This document shows positions 1-10,011 of a DNA stretch of 64,000 nucleotides, one piece after another. Positions within the stretch are counted from its first letter, which is position 1; every line of letters begins with the position of its first letter. Below the pieces are notes generated by a model. It ran no database searches. It saw nothing but the letters and a program-made list of their open reading frames with translations, and had not been told where the DNA came from. The stretch is taken from the sequence record NC_027364.1, one strand, 5' to 3'. Made by a program: the position numbers and the translations under genes.

Positions 1-390
1 CAATGCAACAATTGGTGGTACACTAGGTGTAACTGGAAGGCAACTGTACGGTTTCGTACTACGAATTACTAGGTGACGGTATCTGCAACTTCTGGTACAT
101 TTAGTACTACAATAGATGTAACTGGTGCAGCAACCTTTGGTAATAATGTTAACATTACTGGTACATTAACGCCAGGTGCATTGGATTTATCTAGTACTGA
201 TGTAGTTGCAAACAGTCTTTCTGTTGCAACCACACTACATTCAGATGGTAATGCAACAATTGGTGGTACATTAGGTGTAACTGGTGCAGCAACTGCTCCA
301 TCAATCACTCTTAATGGTGAAGGAACTGCATTAGCAGTTACTAACAATGCAACAATTGGTGGTACATTAGGTGTAACTGGTGCAGCAACT
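1..390 (+). repeat. Three near-identical copies of a 36-45 bp coding repeat (aatgcaacaattggtggtac[a/c][c/t]taggtgtaactgg)
   Basis: Copies at about 1-36, 250-294 and 345-390. Confidence 0.8.
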
Positions 391-1620
391 TTAGGTTCAC
401 TAACAACTTCTGGTGCAGTGAAAACTGGTTCTAATGTTATTATTGGTACTAAGATCGGTGAACAACCAGAAACAGTTCAGATTTTCCCTAACACTTACAT
501 TGCTGGTTCCTTGCGTGTAGATGGTGGTATCAACGCTGATATTGATGTTAGTGGTCAAACAATCGAACCTTATGCAGTTGTTGCGGCTGACACTATTAGT
601 GCAGCGGGTAATATTACTTCTGGTGCAGAGTTGATTTCTAAATCAGCAACTATTGGTGATGTTGGTTCACAAAACAACAACTTAACAATCAATGGTAACG
701 TAGTTAACAACGGTAACTTTACAGTAACTGGTGTTCTAAACGCAACACTAAACCAAGCAAACTCTGATGTAGCTGTTAAATCATTAACTGCAACCAACAG
801 TGTTGCTGCTGGTACTAGCATTACCGCAGGTACAAGTATTACTGCAACTGGTCTGCTAAAAGGGAACACCCTTGAAGTAACTACTACTGGTTCATTTGGT
901 GGTGCAGTAACAATGTCAAGTGGTGCTAACATTACTGGAACCGTTGGGATTACTTCTGGTAACCTAACTGTTGGTGGTGATATTTCTGCAACAGGTACTG
1001 CAACCCTAGCAGCAACTTCAGTAACTACTATTACTACTTCTGGTGCAGCAACACTTGCTAGTGCATCTGTTACTGGAGCAGCAACAATCGGTGGTACTTT
1101 AACTGTTACTGGATTAATGACTGCAAATGGTAGTGTTGTTTTAGGTGACGCGGCTGCTGATACATTAACTGTCAATGCAACATCTTCTTTCAAAGAAAAT
1201 GCAGTATTTGATAAAGATGTAACTGTAACTGGTCAATTAACAACTACTAATGCTGACTTGACTACTACAACAGTAACTACTAAAAAATATGATGTTATTC
1301 CTAATCAAGTAACTTCTTCTGTTATTGCACCAACTGGCACTTGGACCCCAGACGGTACTAGCAACGTATACTTTATCACTCTAGATCAAGATACAACTCT
1401 AGCACCAATCACTGGTCTAATCGGTGGTGGTAAAGCATCTTCAGTATACATTTATGTAAAACAAGATGCAACAGGTAATAGAAACTTTACTACTGATGGT
1501 ACTTATGCGGTTGTTGATGGAACTCTAAACAAAACTGCAAACTCTGTAACTATCTACCAAGTCATTTATGACGGGGTGAGTCCAGTAACAGATATGTTTA
1601 TTGCACAACGTACTGCTTAA
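73..1620 (+). CDS. Tail fibre-like protein (5' part lies before the window; reading frame disturbed at about 37-72)
   Basis: G/T/A/V-rich beta-repeat shaft. NATIGGTLGVTGAAT occurs twice in the ORF and NATIGGTLGVTG once at 2-37 in another frame. C-terminal YVKQDATGNR domain is typical of fibre tips. Confidence 0.7.
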   Translation: MTVSATSGTFSTTIDVTGAATFGNNVNITGTLTPGALDLSSTDVVANSLSVATTLHSDGNATIGGTLGVTGAATAPSITLNGEGTALAVTNNATIGGTLGVTGAATLGSLTTSGAVKTGSNVIIGTKIGEQPETVQIFPNTYIAGSLRVDGGINADIDVSGQTIEPYAVVAADTISAAGNITSGAELISKSATIGDVGSQNNNLTINGNVVNNGNFTVTGVLNATLNQANSDVAVKSLTATNSVAAGTSITAGTSITATGLLKGNTLEVTTTGSFGGAVTMSSGANITGTVGITSGNLTVGGDISATGTATLAATSVTTITTSGAATLASASVTGAATIGGTLTVTGLMTANGSVVLGDAAADTLTVNATSSFKENAVFDKDVTVTGQLTTTNADLTTTTVTTKKYDVIPNQVTSSVIAPTGTWTPDGTSNVYFITLDQDTTLAPITGLIGGGKASSVYIYVKQDATGNRNFTTDGTYAVVDGTLNKTANSVTIYQVIYDGVSPVTDMFIAQRTA

Positions 1621-1684
1621 TAATTATAATAATAAAGGTGTCACTCATTTTGGGTGACACCATCATAACAAGTGAGGTAGTTAT

Positions 1685-2464
1685 ATGTTCACATATGTGA
1701 AAGGAAATTCAAAAGAAAATTATGAATTGGGAAGTATTATTTCCAATCCAATTGGTGTAAAAGGACTTAAAGAACGTCCAGGTGCAACACCAGAAGATCC
1801 ACAAACCTATCGTTATCTTTATAGTGATATTAGAACTCTTTATGGTATTTCAAGTAAAGATGGTTCCCCAGTAGAACCTAATGATGCTGTTAGAAAAGAA
1901 GAAGGTTTTTGGTGGTTAGTGTATAAAAATCTTGGAAATGTTAATGCTATTGAACAACCGTTGGAGTTTATTAAATTAAAAGATGAAAATCAACCTATTG
2001 TTGAATTTTTAGAAGACGCTACCGAAGAATATAAAGCACTAACTGTTCTTAAAACATATCATTATATTGATATGCCAATAGCAGATGTTAAAGCTGATTT
2101 AAAAGCAAGAACTATATCAGAACGTACAAATCGTATGAATTCTGGTTATATGTTCAATGGTCATCGTTACAGTACTGATATGTCTGGTCGTCAAATGCTT
2201 CTTAATTATTATACACAAGTTACTTCAGGCTCTGAAAGTGTTTCTATTTTTCTTGATGACGCAATTGTAAAATTATCTGCTGCTGAAATGACTCAACTAT
2301 ATACTGAAGCATTTGCAATGATTGAACAATTGTTTTCGGAATGTGACAAACAGTGTGCTGCAATTGATGCAGTTGATGATTTAGATCCTGATGCAATTTA
2401 TAAAGCACAACAAGCTGCAATTTGGGTATATGAAGGTATTGATATTCCTGAACGTATACGTTAA
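1685..2464 (+). CDS. Fibre-associated protein with DUF4376-like C-terminal domain
   Basis: C-terminal GYMFNGHRYSTD..GRQML motif and helical tail resemble DUF4376 tail assembly proteins; lies between fibre genes. Confidence 0.5.
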   Translation: MFTYVKGNSKENYELGSIISNPIGVKGLKERPGATPEDPQTYRYLYSDIRTLYGISSKDGSPVEPNDAVRKEEGFWWLVYKNLGNVNAIEQPLEFIKLKDENQPIVEFLEDATEEYKALTVLKTYHYIDMPIADVKADLKARTISERTNRMNSGYMFNGHRYSTDMSGRQMLLNYYTQVTSGSESVSIFLDDAIVKLSAAEMTQLYTEAFAMIEQLFSECDKQCAAIDAVDDLDPDAIYKAQQAAIWVYEGIDIPERIR

Positions 2465-2470
2465 TTAATA

Positions 2471-2500
2471 AAGGTCAACTATTGTTGACCTTTTTTGTTT
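2471..2500 (+). terminator. Rho-independent terminator
   Basis: aaggtcaac/gttgacctt stem followed by a T tract. Confidence 0.7.
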
Positions 2501-2518
2501 CATTATAAGGAAAAATAT

Positions 2519-3886
2519 ATGTATAATATAAGAACAGATATTATTGTAAATGGTGATATTAGTTATGACGGAGAACTAATAGGCAAGATACCAGTGCCTG
2601 ATATTAGTACTAAAAATAAAAATATTTTAATTCATGAAAGTGATGGTTTATATGTTCCAGATAACACTATTATCTATCAAGGTGGAACTGGTATATCAAT
2701 ATCCTCTAATTTAATATCCACAAAAATAAGTTCAACACAAGGAAATATTCTTAGTAATGATTCTAATGGTTTATATGTACCTGATAATACAGTAACATAT
2801 ACAGGTAGTGACAGTATTAAAATAGATAATAATATTATATCATCAAAAATAAGCACATCTTTAGGAAATATCCTTACAACTGATAGTACTGGTCTATTCG
2901 TACCGGATAATTCGATAACTTACAATGCTGGTACTGGCATTACTATTAGTGATGATGTAATAAGTGTGAAGGTTGACCCGACATCAGAAAACATACTATC
3001 TTCTACAAGTAATGGTTTATTTGTGCCTGATAATTCAGTATCTTATAGTGCTGGTTCCGGTGTTTCTATCAGTGGTGAAGTAATCAGTACTAAAATTAGT
3101 TCTACTTCTGGTAATATACTATCTACTGACAGTACTGGATTATTTGTACCTAATACAAGAATAAATTACGTTGGTGGTACTGGTATATCTATTAGTTCAG
3201 AAACAATTTCAACTAAAATAAGCACAACTCCAGGAAATACGTTAACAACTGACGTAAATGGGTTGTATGTTCCAACTGGACCATCCTCATATACTGCGGG
3301 AAATGGTATATCTATTGACGCTAATGTAATTTCATCTAAAATCAGTAATACCTCTGGTAATATATTAACATCAGATAGTACTGGATTATTTGTTAATGGT
3401 AATAATACTACTAACCTAATTCGTAGAAAAAGAGAATTATATTATTCAAACTTAAATATACAATTCACTGATGGAATTGAACAAAATTTAATTCAAATAC
3501 TTAAATCATTCACACCCACTAGTGGAACACTAGATAGTTTCTTCAATACAACAAGTAATAAGTTAAATGTTTATAATTTCAATTCCTCTCTAAATTTCAA
3601 ATTAAATATATACGGCACATGGACTACTAGTTCGTCTAATATGAGTTTTGCTATTAATTTTACAAATACTCAATTTAATAATATTAATCAAGTTAGAACA
3701 CCAACTATCACGGTTGATACTATTTCATTTAATACATTTTTAAGTGTTGATGAAAATGGTAACCTAGTAACTAATGGAACACCTATTACGTTAATGTCAC
3801 ATGGTGGTAAGTTTACAGTAACTAATTTATTATTAATTGCTGAACAAATCGTTCCACCTTCAATGAGTGGAGTTTCTGTAGTTTAA
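2519..3886 (+). CDS. Fibre protein: six 41-aa repeats plus Sf6/HK620 tail-needle-type knob domain
   Basis: ATG at 2519 follows an AAGGA SD. The C-terminal RRKRELYYS...FFNTTSNKLNVYN...LIAEQ region matches my recollection of the Sf6 gp9 knob along its length. Confidence 0.75.
   Translation: MYNIRTDIIVNGDISYDGELIGKIPVPDISTKNKNILIHESDGLYVPDNTIIYQGGTGISISSNLISTKISSTQGNILSNDSNGLYVPDNTVTYTGSDSIKIDNNIISSKISTSLGNILTTDSTGLFVPDNSITYNAGTGITISDDVISVKVDPTSENILSSTSNGLFVPDNSVSYSAGSGVSISGEVISTKISSTSGNILSTDSTGLFVPNTRINYVGGTGISISSETISTKISTTPGNTLTTDVNGLYVPTGPSSYTAGNGISIDANVISSKISNTSGNILTSDSTGLFVNGNNTTNLIRRKRELYYSNLNIQFTDGIEQNLIQILKSFTPTSGTLDSFFNTTSNKLNVYNFNSSLNFKLNIYGTWTTSSSNMSFAINFTNTQFNNINQVRTPTITVDTISFNTFLSVDENGNLVTNGTPITLMSHGGKFTVTNLLLIAEQIVPPSMSGVSVV
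2666..3403 (+). repeat. Six tandem 123-bp (41-aa) coding repeats
   Basis: Consensus xxxYxxGxGIxIxxxxISxKISxxxGNILxxDSxGL(F/Y)VPxN is visible in the translation. Confidence 0.85.
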
Positions 3887-3895
3887 TAACATATT

Positions 3896-3926
3896 AAGGT
3901 CAAGTCTATGCTTGGCCTTTTCTTTT
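3896..3926 (+). terminator. Rho-independent terminator
   Basis: aaggtcaag/cttggcctt stem (one G.U pair) plus T tract. Confidence 0.6.
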
Positions 3927-3973
3927 AACTAAAATAAATACATCATATAAATCTATTCTGAGGAAATATTTAA

Positions 3974-5938
3974 ATGAGTATAAATCGAATTAGAGGTGAT
4001 GGTGGTGTAATTATCGATAGTAAATCTTTTTTAGAGTTACCGAAAGCACCATCAAAAGAAACCGCTGATGTAATAAGATCAGGGATGATTAGATACAATA
4101 AGGAATGGAAATCGTTTGAAGGTGTTCTGGATTTTGAAGATGGTACTATGGCATATCGCCGTTTTGCAAACTTAGATGCAAATGGTAAACTTCTTACTTC
4201 CCAATTACCAGATTCAGTAACTAGTGGTTTACAATTTGTTGGTACATATAATCCTATTCCAGATGATATTGATCCACCTTTAGCACAAACTCCACTACCA
4301 GCACCAGCAGCATCACTAAATGGTGATTATTATGTTGTTCGTGGTATTATGGATGCCGCACAAGCCCATTATGAAGCAAATAATCCACAAACAAGTCCTG
4401 TTACATTTACTCCTACAAATCCAACTGGACAAGGTAATTGGATTGAAATTTTATATTATGTTGACTCTAATCCAAATATATCTGGTGCTAAACTAGTAAC
4501 ATACGCTTTCGCTAGAATTATTCCTGCATCTATTCCGAGTACTGGTCATGATGGTCTTAAAAATTTAGCAACAGATGCTGACTTAACCAAACCATTTGCT
4601 TCAGGTGTTCCAATGAACCAAACCGCACTATCAGATGGTGATTGGATTATTATAACTGAAGATAAAAACATACGTCTACGCCAGTCAAGAACAAGCATTT
4701 CCGCTGCTTCAGTATTATATGACAATACTGTAATGATTGCAAATCATCGTCAATTTAGGACAAACGCAGGGACCGTTCAAACATCCATAGATAACGTTGT
4801 GATTGAGTGTTTACGTAGAACTGGTGATTCCATGTATAATGATGGAACAGACGGCTCTGGGCGTTTTGGGGTGGTGTATGGAAGTGCAGCAGCACCAGCA
4901 TTGACATTTAACAATAATCCGTTTGACCCAACGAATAACCCAGGTAATGACCCAACTAAGTGGTCAGATGCTAATACTGGTATATTTCATCCAGCCGATG
5001 ACGCAATTGGGTTCAGTACTGCTGGTACAGAACGTGTTCGAATTAATAATTCAACACTAACATTATATCAATCAACATCAACACCTGCATCAACGCCAGT
5101 ACTAAGATTTGATAATGCAACTAATACTAATGTGGGATTAAGTGCTAGTAGTAATATTATTTCATTTAGTTCAATGAATAAAGTTCAAGTTGAATTTAAA
5201 AATGGCGAAAGTGCGTTTCATGGTAATATTGTTGTTGATGGTACAAGTACATTAACTGGGGATACATCAGCTAGTAATATAACTGCTAGTGGTAATTTGA
5301 ACATTCAAGGTAATACCACATTAGGTGATGCTGCATCAGATACCATTACAGTTAATGGTGTTAGTACTTTTACAGCTAATACTAATTTTAATGGAACAAC
5401 TAATAAATTTAAAAATATAAATCTATTAGCTAATGGTATAATTACATTAGAAAGTGCTACTAATCAAAGTACAATCCAATTAGTTAGTTCTGATTTAAAA
5501 CTATCAATGGGTAATTATGCTGATGTAAGTATCTATGATAATGGAACTATAAGAACACGTTTTAATAGATATGGTATCCAATTACCTGTACTAGCTACTA
5601 TTGATAACTCTGTTGGCGTTGATGGTATGATTGCATACTCCAATACCGAGCGTACTTCAATGCAAAAAGTTCAAGGTCAATGGGTTCCAATTGGTTCAGG
5701 TTCAGTGAGAACCGATGCTTTTACCATTTCATCTTGGGTCTTAAGTGGTAACTACTACACCCTTACTGTAACAGCCTCAAACATCGTCACAGCAGAGATA
5801 CAGGAACAGGTTAGTCCTGGTGTCTATACTCGTGTTGAGGTCGATAGCGTGACGTTTAACGGCACTAACGTAGTGTTCAGTATACCTTCAACACCTGATG
5901 TACGTTTCGACGGAAGAACATTGGTAACAATTAGATAA
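3974..5938 (+). CDS. Virion structural / fibre-like protein
   Basis: Lies in the fibre cluster and shares the LGDAAxDTxTVN shaft motif with the first ORF; ATAAATA late-promoter-like motif upstream. Confidence 0.55.
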   Translation: MSINRIRGDGGVIIDSKSFLELPKAPSKETADVIRSGMIRYNKEWKSFEGVLDFEDGTMAYRRFANLDANGKLLTSQLPDSVTSGLQFVGTYNPIPDDIDPPLAQTPLPAPAASLNGDYYVVRGIMDAAQAHYEANNPQTSPVTFTPTNPTGQGNWIEILYYVDSNPNISGAKLVTYAFARIIPASIPSTGHDGLKNLATDADLTKPFASGVPMNQTALSDGDWIIITEDKNIRLRQSRTSISAASVLYDNTVMIANHRQFRTNAGTVQTSIDNVVIECLRRTGDSMYNDGTDGSGRFGVVYGSAAAPALTFNNNPFDPTNNPGNDPTKWSDANTGIFHPADDAIGFSTAGTERVRINNSTLTLYQSTSTPASTPVLRFDNATNTNVGLSASSNIISFSSMNKVQVEFKNGESAFHGNIVVDGTSTLTGDTSASNITASGNLNIQGNTTLGDAASDTITVNGVSTFTANTNFNGTTNKFKNINLLANGIITLESATNQSTIQLVSSDLKLSMGNYADVSIYDNGTIRTRFNRYGIQLPVLATIDNSVGVDGMIAYSNTERTSMQKVQGQWVPIGSGSVRTDAFTISSWVLSGNYYTLTVTASNIVTAEIQEQVSPGVYTRVEVDSVTFNGTNVVFSIPSTPDVRFDGRTLVTIR

Positions 5939-5974
5939 TAAAAAAGGGAGAACATCAGTTCTCCCTTTTCTTTT
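5939..5974. terminator. Bidirectional terminator between convergent genes
   Basis: aaagggagaac/gttctcccttt stem with A and T tracts on both sides. Confidence 0.85.
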
Positions 5975-6902
5975 ATACAGCCATCGGTGCTTTAATTGTT
6001 GGCATTGGATTGTAATTCACTAATTTGAAAGAATCCATTGTGAAATCTTCAATATTAGTAATTGTAGGATCAAGCCATAATTCAGGTAATTCACGAGGTT
6101 TTCTCTGTAGTTGTTCTTTTACTTGTTCAACGTGGTTTTTATAAATGTGGCAATCACCACCATTCCAAATAAATTCACCAACATCTAAACCCGTAATTTG
6201 TGCAATCATATGAGTTAGTAGTGAATAACTACTGATATTAAATGGAACTCCCAAAAATAGATCAGCGGATCTTTGATGTAGAATGCAGCTTAGTTTCCCT
6301 TGTACTACACAAAATTGTACAAAGCTATGACAAGGTGGCAACGTCATATCATCAAGCTCACCAACGTTCCATGCACTTAGAATATGGCGACGACCATATG
6401 GATCGGAATTTATACCATTGATTAGTTCCTGTAATTGGTCAGTTGTACGTTTCATAACAACACCATGTGAACCAGTATAATCGATAACTTTGTATCCTTT
6501 ATCTTTTAATTCTTGAATTTCTTCAGTACTGGAACTAAATTTATAATCTTCCCATTCACGCCATTGCTTACCATACACTGGACCTAACTCACCATCAGTA
6601 TAACCAAGAGCAACGCCTTGATTTAGGTAATTATCTGTCCAAATAGTTTTCTTTTCTGTATCACGAGTTCCATGCAAAATTTCACAAAGGCGACGCTCAT
6701 CATGGGAACCTTCAATAAACCATAGTAATTCTGAAGTCATTGCTTTCCAAGCTAGACGTTTTGTCGTCACTGCTGGGAAACCATCTTTAAGGTCAAAACG
6801 CATTTGTTGACCGATAAGTTTGATTGTTCCAACACCAGTACGGTCAACGCTTTCTACGCCTTCATCTAGAATTTTTTGATATAGTTCTTGTAGTTGTTTC
6901 AT
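5973..6902 (-). CDS. thyA: Thymidylate synthase
   Basis: DRTGVGT, ELLWFIEG, GPVYGKQWR, LPPCH catalytic Cys, QRSADLFLGVPFN, DCHIY. Confidence 0.97.
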   Translation of the reverse strand: MKQLQELYQKILDEGVESVDRTGVGTIKLIGQQMRFDLKDGFPAVTTKRLAWKAMTSELLWFIEGSHDERRLCEILHGTRDTEKKTIWTDNYLNQGVALGYTDGELGPVYGKQWREWEDYKFSSSTEEIQELKDKGYKVIDYTGSHGVVMKRTTDQLQELINGINSDPYGRRHILSAWNVGELDDMTLPPCHSFVQFCVVQGKLSCILHQRSADLFLGVPFNISSYSLLTHMIAQITGLDVGEFIWNGGDCHIYKNHVEQVKEQLQRKPRELPELWLDPTITNIEDFTMDSFKLVNYNPMPTIKAPMAV

Positions 6903-7495
6903 TATTCTTCCTTGAAAAATGTAATAAAATGTTCCATATGTTTTTCTGTGGCATTGCGTGAACCAATACCAGTCCAGTTACCATGTGGTGCTGGAACGAC
7001 GAATGTTTGTGTGAACTCTTTCAGTACTGTATCGAAATAAAATACTGAACGTGAATTCATATCATAACAATAAATTTCAGGATTTTCAACTGAATCCATA
7101 TACATCTGTACTGCCCATGCAGTACCACCACTTACCTTAGTTGGTGATGTGATATTTGCAATACAATATATTCTTTCTGTATTAAGTATCTGATAACTAT
7201 TCCTTGCAAGTAAGTTGTAAACATAAGAACCAGGCTTTGGCACTTTTCGCTGCAACGAGTAACATGCAATGTTTAGTTGATTTAATATAGAAATATCAGA
7301 TAGAATATTGGATGGTATTTCTAATATAGTACTTTCATCTACACTATGCTCATGACCTTTGAATGAAAAATTAATAACTTCAAATCCATTATTTTTTGCA
7401 TAGATAGAAAAAAGGCGGTCAGCACCTGCTGCCCCGCCACTAAAACATACATTAGATAAACCTTTAATTGCTTCATCTAATTCATTCTTTTTCAT
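6902..7495 (-). CDS. SLOG (YspA/DprA-like) superfamily nucleotide-binding protein
   Basis: FSGGAAGAD glycine-rich loop, LLARN, SGGTAWAV, GIGSR. Confidence 0.5.
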   Translation of the reverse strand: MKKNELDEAIKGLSNVCFSGGAAGADRLFSIYAKNNGFEVINFSFKGHEHSVDESTILEIPSNILSDISILNQLNIACYSLQRKVPKPGSYVYNLLARNSYQILNTERIYCIANITSPTKVSGGTAWAVQMYMDSVENPEIYCYDMNSRSVFYFDTVLKEFTQTFVVPAPHGNWTGIGSRNATEKHMEHFITFFKEE

Positions 7496-7498
7496 ATT

Positions 7499-8155
7499 TT
7501 ATTTTGCTTTACGTTCTGCAAATAGTTGTTTTACTTTCTCAATAGCTTTAGTCTGTGAAATACCTTCTGGAATTTCTAGATAAATTGTTTTACTATCTTT
7601 CGGTTGTTCAACAACTTGTGTTTGCGGACGCAAGCTTGGCTCTAAATTGTATGCACGTTCATAATGTTCTTTAGCCAGTTTTTCATATTTTTGTGCATCA
7701 GTGAGAAGTTGTTCTACAATAGTAGCTTCTTCTACTTTAGTGTCTGCTTCTTGTGGATTGAATGGGTTAAAGTCTTTTACTTTACCATCTTCTTGTACTT
7801 TCGCTTGATTTTCATCTAATGCTTTGTTTAGAACATCAAGAGAAATTTTATTATTACCACCAGTGTGCATATCAATATCACAAGTACGAACGCGACGTAG
7901 ATGCTGCATGTTGTGTAGAACATCTAGCATTTTGCGTCCATCGAGATAACCAATTTTATGCATTACTTCCCACAAATCAATATTAGATTGACCATGACCC
8001 ATAACAATATCAGTTACTGCGTGTACATATGCTTCTGGTAGTGAATCACGATAAACGATAAGGCAGTGTTCAGGATCATCTGGTAGTGAACGCCAAACAA
8101 CAAAAACACGAGAACCTGTATTACGCATTACACCAACATGACGAATAGCTGCCAT
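7499..8155 (-). CDS. Hypothetical protein
   Basis: 218-aa ORF packed tightly with its neighbours. Confidence 0.75.
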   Translation of the reverse strand: MAAIRHVGVMRNTGSRVFVVWRSLPDDPEHCLIVYRDSLPEAYVHAVTDIVMGHGQSNIDLWEVMHKIGYLDGRKMLDVLHNMQHLRRVRTCDIDMHTGGNNKISLDVLNKALDENQAKVQEDGKVKDFNPFNPQEADTKVEEATIVEQLLTDAQKYEKLAKEHYERAYNLEPSLRPQTQVVEQPKDSKTIYLEIPEGISQTKAIEKVKQLFAERKAK

Positions 8156-8157
8156 AA

Positions 8158-8418
8158 TTATTCTCCTTTATCTTCTTGAGTTTCACTATCTTGTGATTCA
8201 GCTTCTTCTTTAGCTGCATCTTCTTGTGCTTTAATATCTTCAAGAGCTACATTTGCAAAAGAAACAAATTTAGATACAACTGGAGCAACCTCAACAAGTT
8301 CTTCAACTTTAAAGGTGTTTCGTGCAACAGCAGCTTCCATGATTTTTGCAGCATTGATTAGGTCTAGAAGGGTTAGTTGAATTTGATTATTTTCTTGTTC
8401 CATTTTAATACTCTCCAT
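8158..8418 (-). CDS. Hypothetical acidic protein
   Basis: 86-aa ORF downstream of a promoter. Confidence 0.7.
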   Translation of the reverse strand: MESIKMEQENNQIQLTLLDLINAAKIMEAAVARNTFKVEELVEVAPVVSKFVSFANVALEDIKAQEDAAKEEAESQDSETQEDKGE

Positions 8419-8437
8419 GTATATTGGTACATTAACT

Positions 8438-8466
8438 ATTATATCATATTTTTATAAGTTGTCCCA
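8438..8466 (-). promoter_or_regulatory. TGGGAC-N17-TATAAT promoter
   Basis: Minus strand TGGGAC aacttataaaaatatga TATAAT. Confidence 0.7.
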
Positions 8467-8471
8467 CTTAT

Positions 8472-8500
8472 AAAAGAAGAGAACGGAATTTTCCGTTCTC
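8472..8500 (-). terminator. Terminator after the VWA gene
   Basis: gagaacgg/ccgttctc stem plus T-rich tail on the minus strand. Confidence 0.65.
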
Positions 8501-8512
8501 ATTATTTAGTAC

Positions 8513-9937
8513 TTAACTACGTTGACGCTTTTTATCAGCTTCATATTCGTAGTGTACAGTCTCACCAAATGGTGCAACTTTATTTGGGTTACTGTGAATC
8601 ACGAACAGTGTTTTACAGTAGTTTGGATCACCCCATGACTGCCACGGTTCACCATCAGTAAACATTACAAGCTGTTTAGGCTTGTAGTTGTCGTTCTTCA
8701 TATGAACCCATACTGCTTCAAAGTCAGTACCACCACCACCTTTTACTGGATATTCCAGAATCTTACGTTCTTCGCCAGTTTTGTAATCCTTTACAGTATA
8801 AACTTCAGTATCAAAAGTCATGATACGAATCTTAAACTGTTTGAATTGTTTAGTGATGCCAAGAACTTCACTAATGAAATCACGAAGCATATCTTCAGAA
8901 ATAGACCCAGAAGCATCTAGTGCAATCGCAATATCAATATCATCATCTGGTTTCATCCCTGGGTAAATTGGATTACCATAGAATGAGCCATTAGAACCAA
9001 AACCTGCACCCCAAGAACGACGATTCGGATTTTGATATGTTGCATCAGACTTCAACCAACTACGAAGTGTACGTTGAAGTTTTGAACGCCAGTCAATCTT
9101 TGGTTCTTTAAAGTTGTTAATCATACGAGCGATTTCTGCTGGTGTACCACCTGCACGAGCAGCATTCATCATTGCTGTTTTGAAATCATCCATGTAATCA
9201 CGTTTTTGCTGTTCACTTGAACCACCCTCTTGACCTTCTTGTGGAACGTCATGCTGGTCAATGGTAGTACCTTTTGGTTTACCCTTACCATCTTTAATAT
9301 CGCCAAAAGTACCGCGATTTTTACCTTCACCTTCACCGCCGCCACTTTGTGGTTGACCTTCACCTTCACCATCTTCTTTTTGTTCTTCTTCTTCAAGAAG
9401 AATGTAAATCTCTTCTGCGGTCATGCCTTCATATTTTTTATCATACAACCATGAACTTTGGATTTTCCCAATTTTCTCACGAACGATGATTTGGTTAATG
9501 GCATAATCCGCTGCACGGTTATAACGTTGTGGATCACGCATACCACGACGAAGGAAGTGATCGTAAGCACAGTGTAGAATTTCATGACAAATTACAGCAA
9601 CAAGGTTTTCATCAGTCAAACCTTCAGTCATTTCTTTTAATTGTTCGTCTGTAACTTCAGGGTGCTTTTCACGAATAGCTTCTTCATATTCTTTCTTTTT
9701 AGATGGGTCTTGAATGCCCATTACAAATTCTACGTTGTAGAATAGATGTTTACCATCCACTGCTAGAGTACGACACCATGTATTATTAGGAACTGGACGT
9801 AAACGTGAAGCGAGTACACCAAAGAATGGTGCAGTTAACATCAAAGATGTACGAGCCAGAACCAGACGTTCTTGACATTCTTTCTGGAGTGCCGGAGATA
9901 CTTCATTGAATCTTGAAGTAGATTTGTTATCTGACAT
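8513..9937 (-). CDS. DUF2201-type protein: HEXXH metallopeptidase-like domain plus C-terminal VWA domain
   Basis: CHEILH zinc motif; ALDASGS MIDAS, GGGGTDF, MFTDG. Confidence 0.85.
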   Translation of the reverse strand: MSDNKSTSRFNEVSPALQKECQERLVLARTSLMLTAPFFGVLASRLRPVPNNTWCRTLAVDGKHLFYNVEFVMGIQDPSKKKEYEEAIREKHPEVTDEQLKEMTEGLTDENLVAVICHEILHCAYDHFLRRGMRDPQRYNRAADYAINQIIVREKIGKIQSSWLYDKKYEGMTAEEIYILLEEEEQKEDGEGEGQPQSGGGEGEGKNRGTFGDIKDGKGKPKGTTIDQHDVPQEGQEGGSSEQQKRDYMDDFKTAMMNAARAGGTPAEIARMINNFKEPKIDWRSKLQRTLRSWLKSDATYQNPNRRSWGAGFGSNGSFYGNPIYPGMKPDDDIDIAIALDASGSISEDMLRDFISEVLGITKQFKQFKIRIMTFDTEVYTVKDYKTGEERKILEYPVKGGGGTDFEAVWVHMKNDNYKPKQLVMFTDGEPWQSWGDPNYCKTLFVIHSNPNKVAPFGETVHYEYEADKKRQRS

Positions 9938-10011
9938 GTATATTTCCTCGTTTAGTTAAGATAAAAGAAGGATACCATTAGGCATCCTTCTTGTCAACAA
10001 CTCTTTGTTAA

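Noticed and set aside
69-1193. Minus-strand ORFs 69..347 and 570..1193 (and similar ones at 12108, 17105, 26494, 54743)
   Set aside because: They are antisense shadows of real genes, caused by the codon bias of the sense gene; they lack an SD and recognisable motifs.
2666-3403. Regularly spaced repeats as a CRISPR array
   Set aside because: They are degenerate in-frame 123-bp coding repeats with no unique spacers and no cas genes.
6420-6560. About 30-aa insertion in thymidylate synthase as an intron or intein
   Set aside because: It is in frame, has no stops, has no intein C/S...HN ends and is too short for a group I intron.
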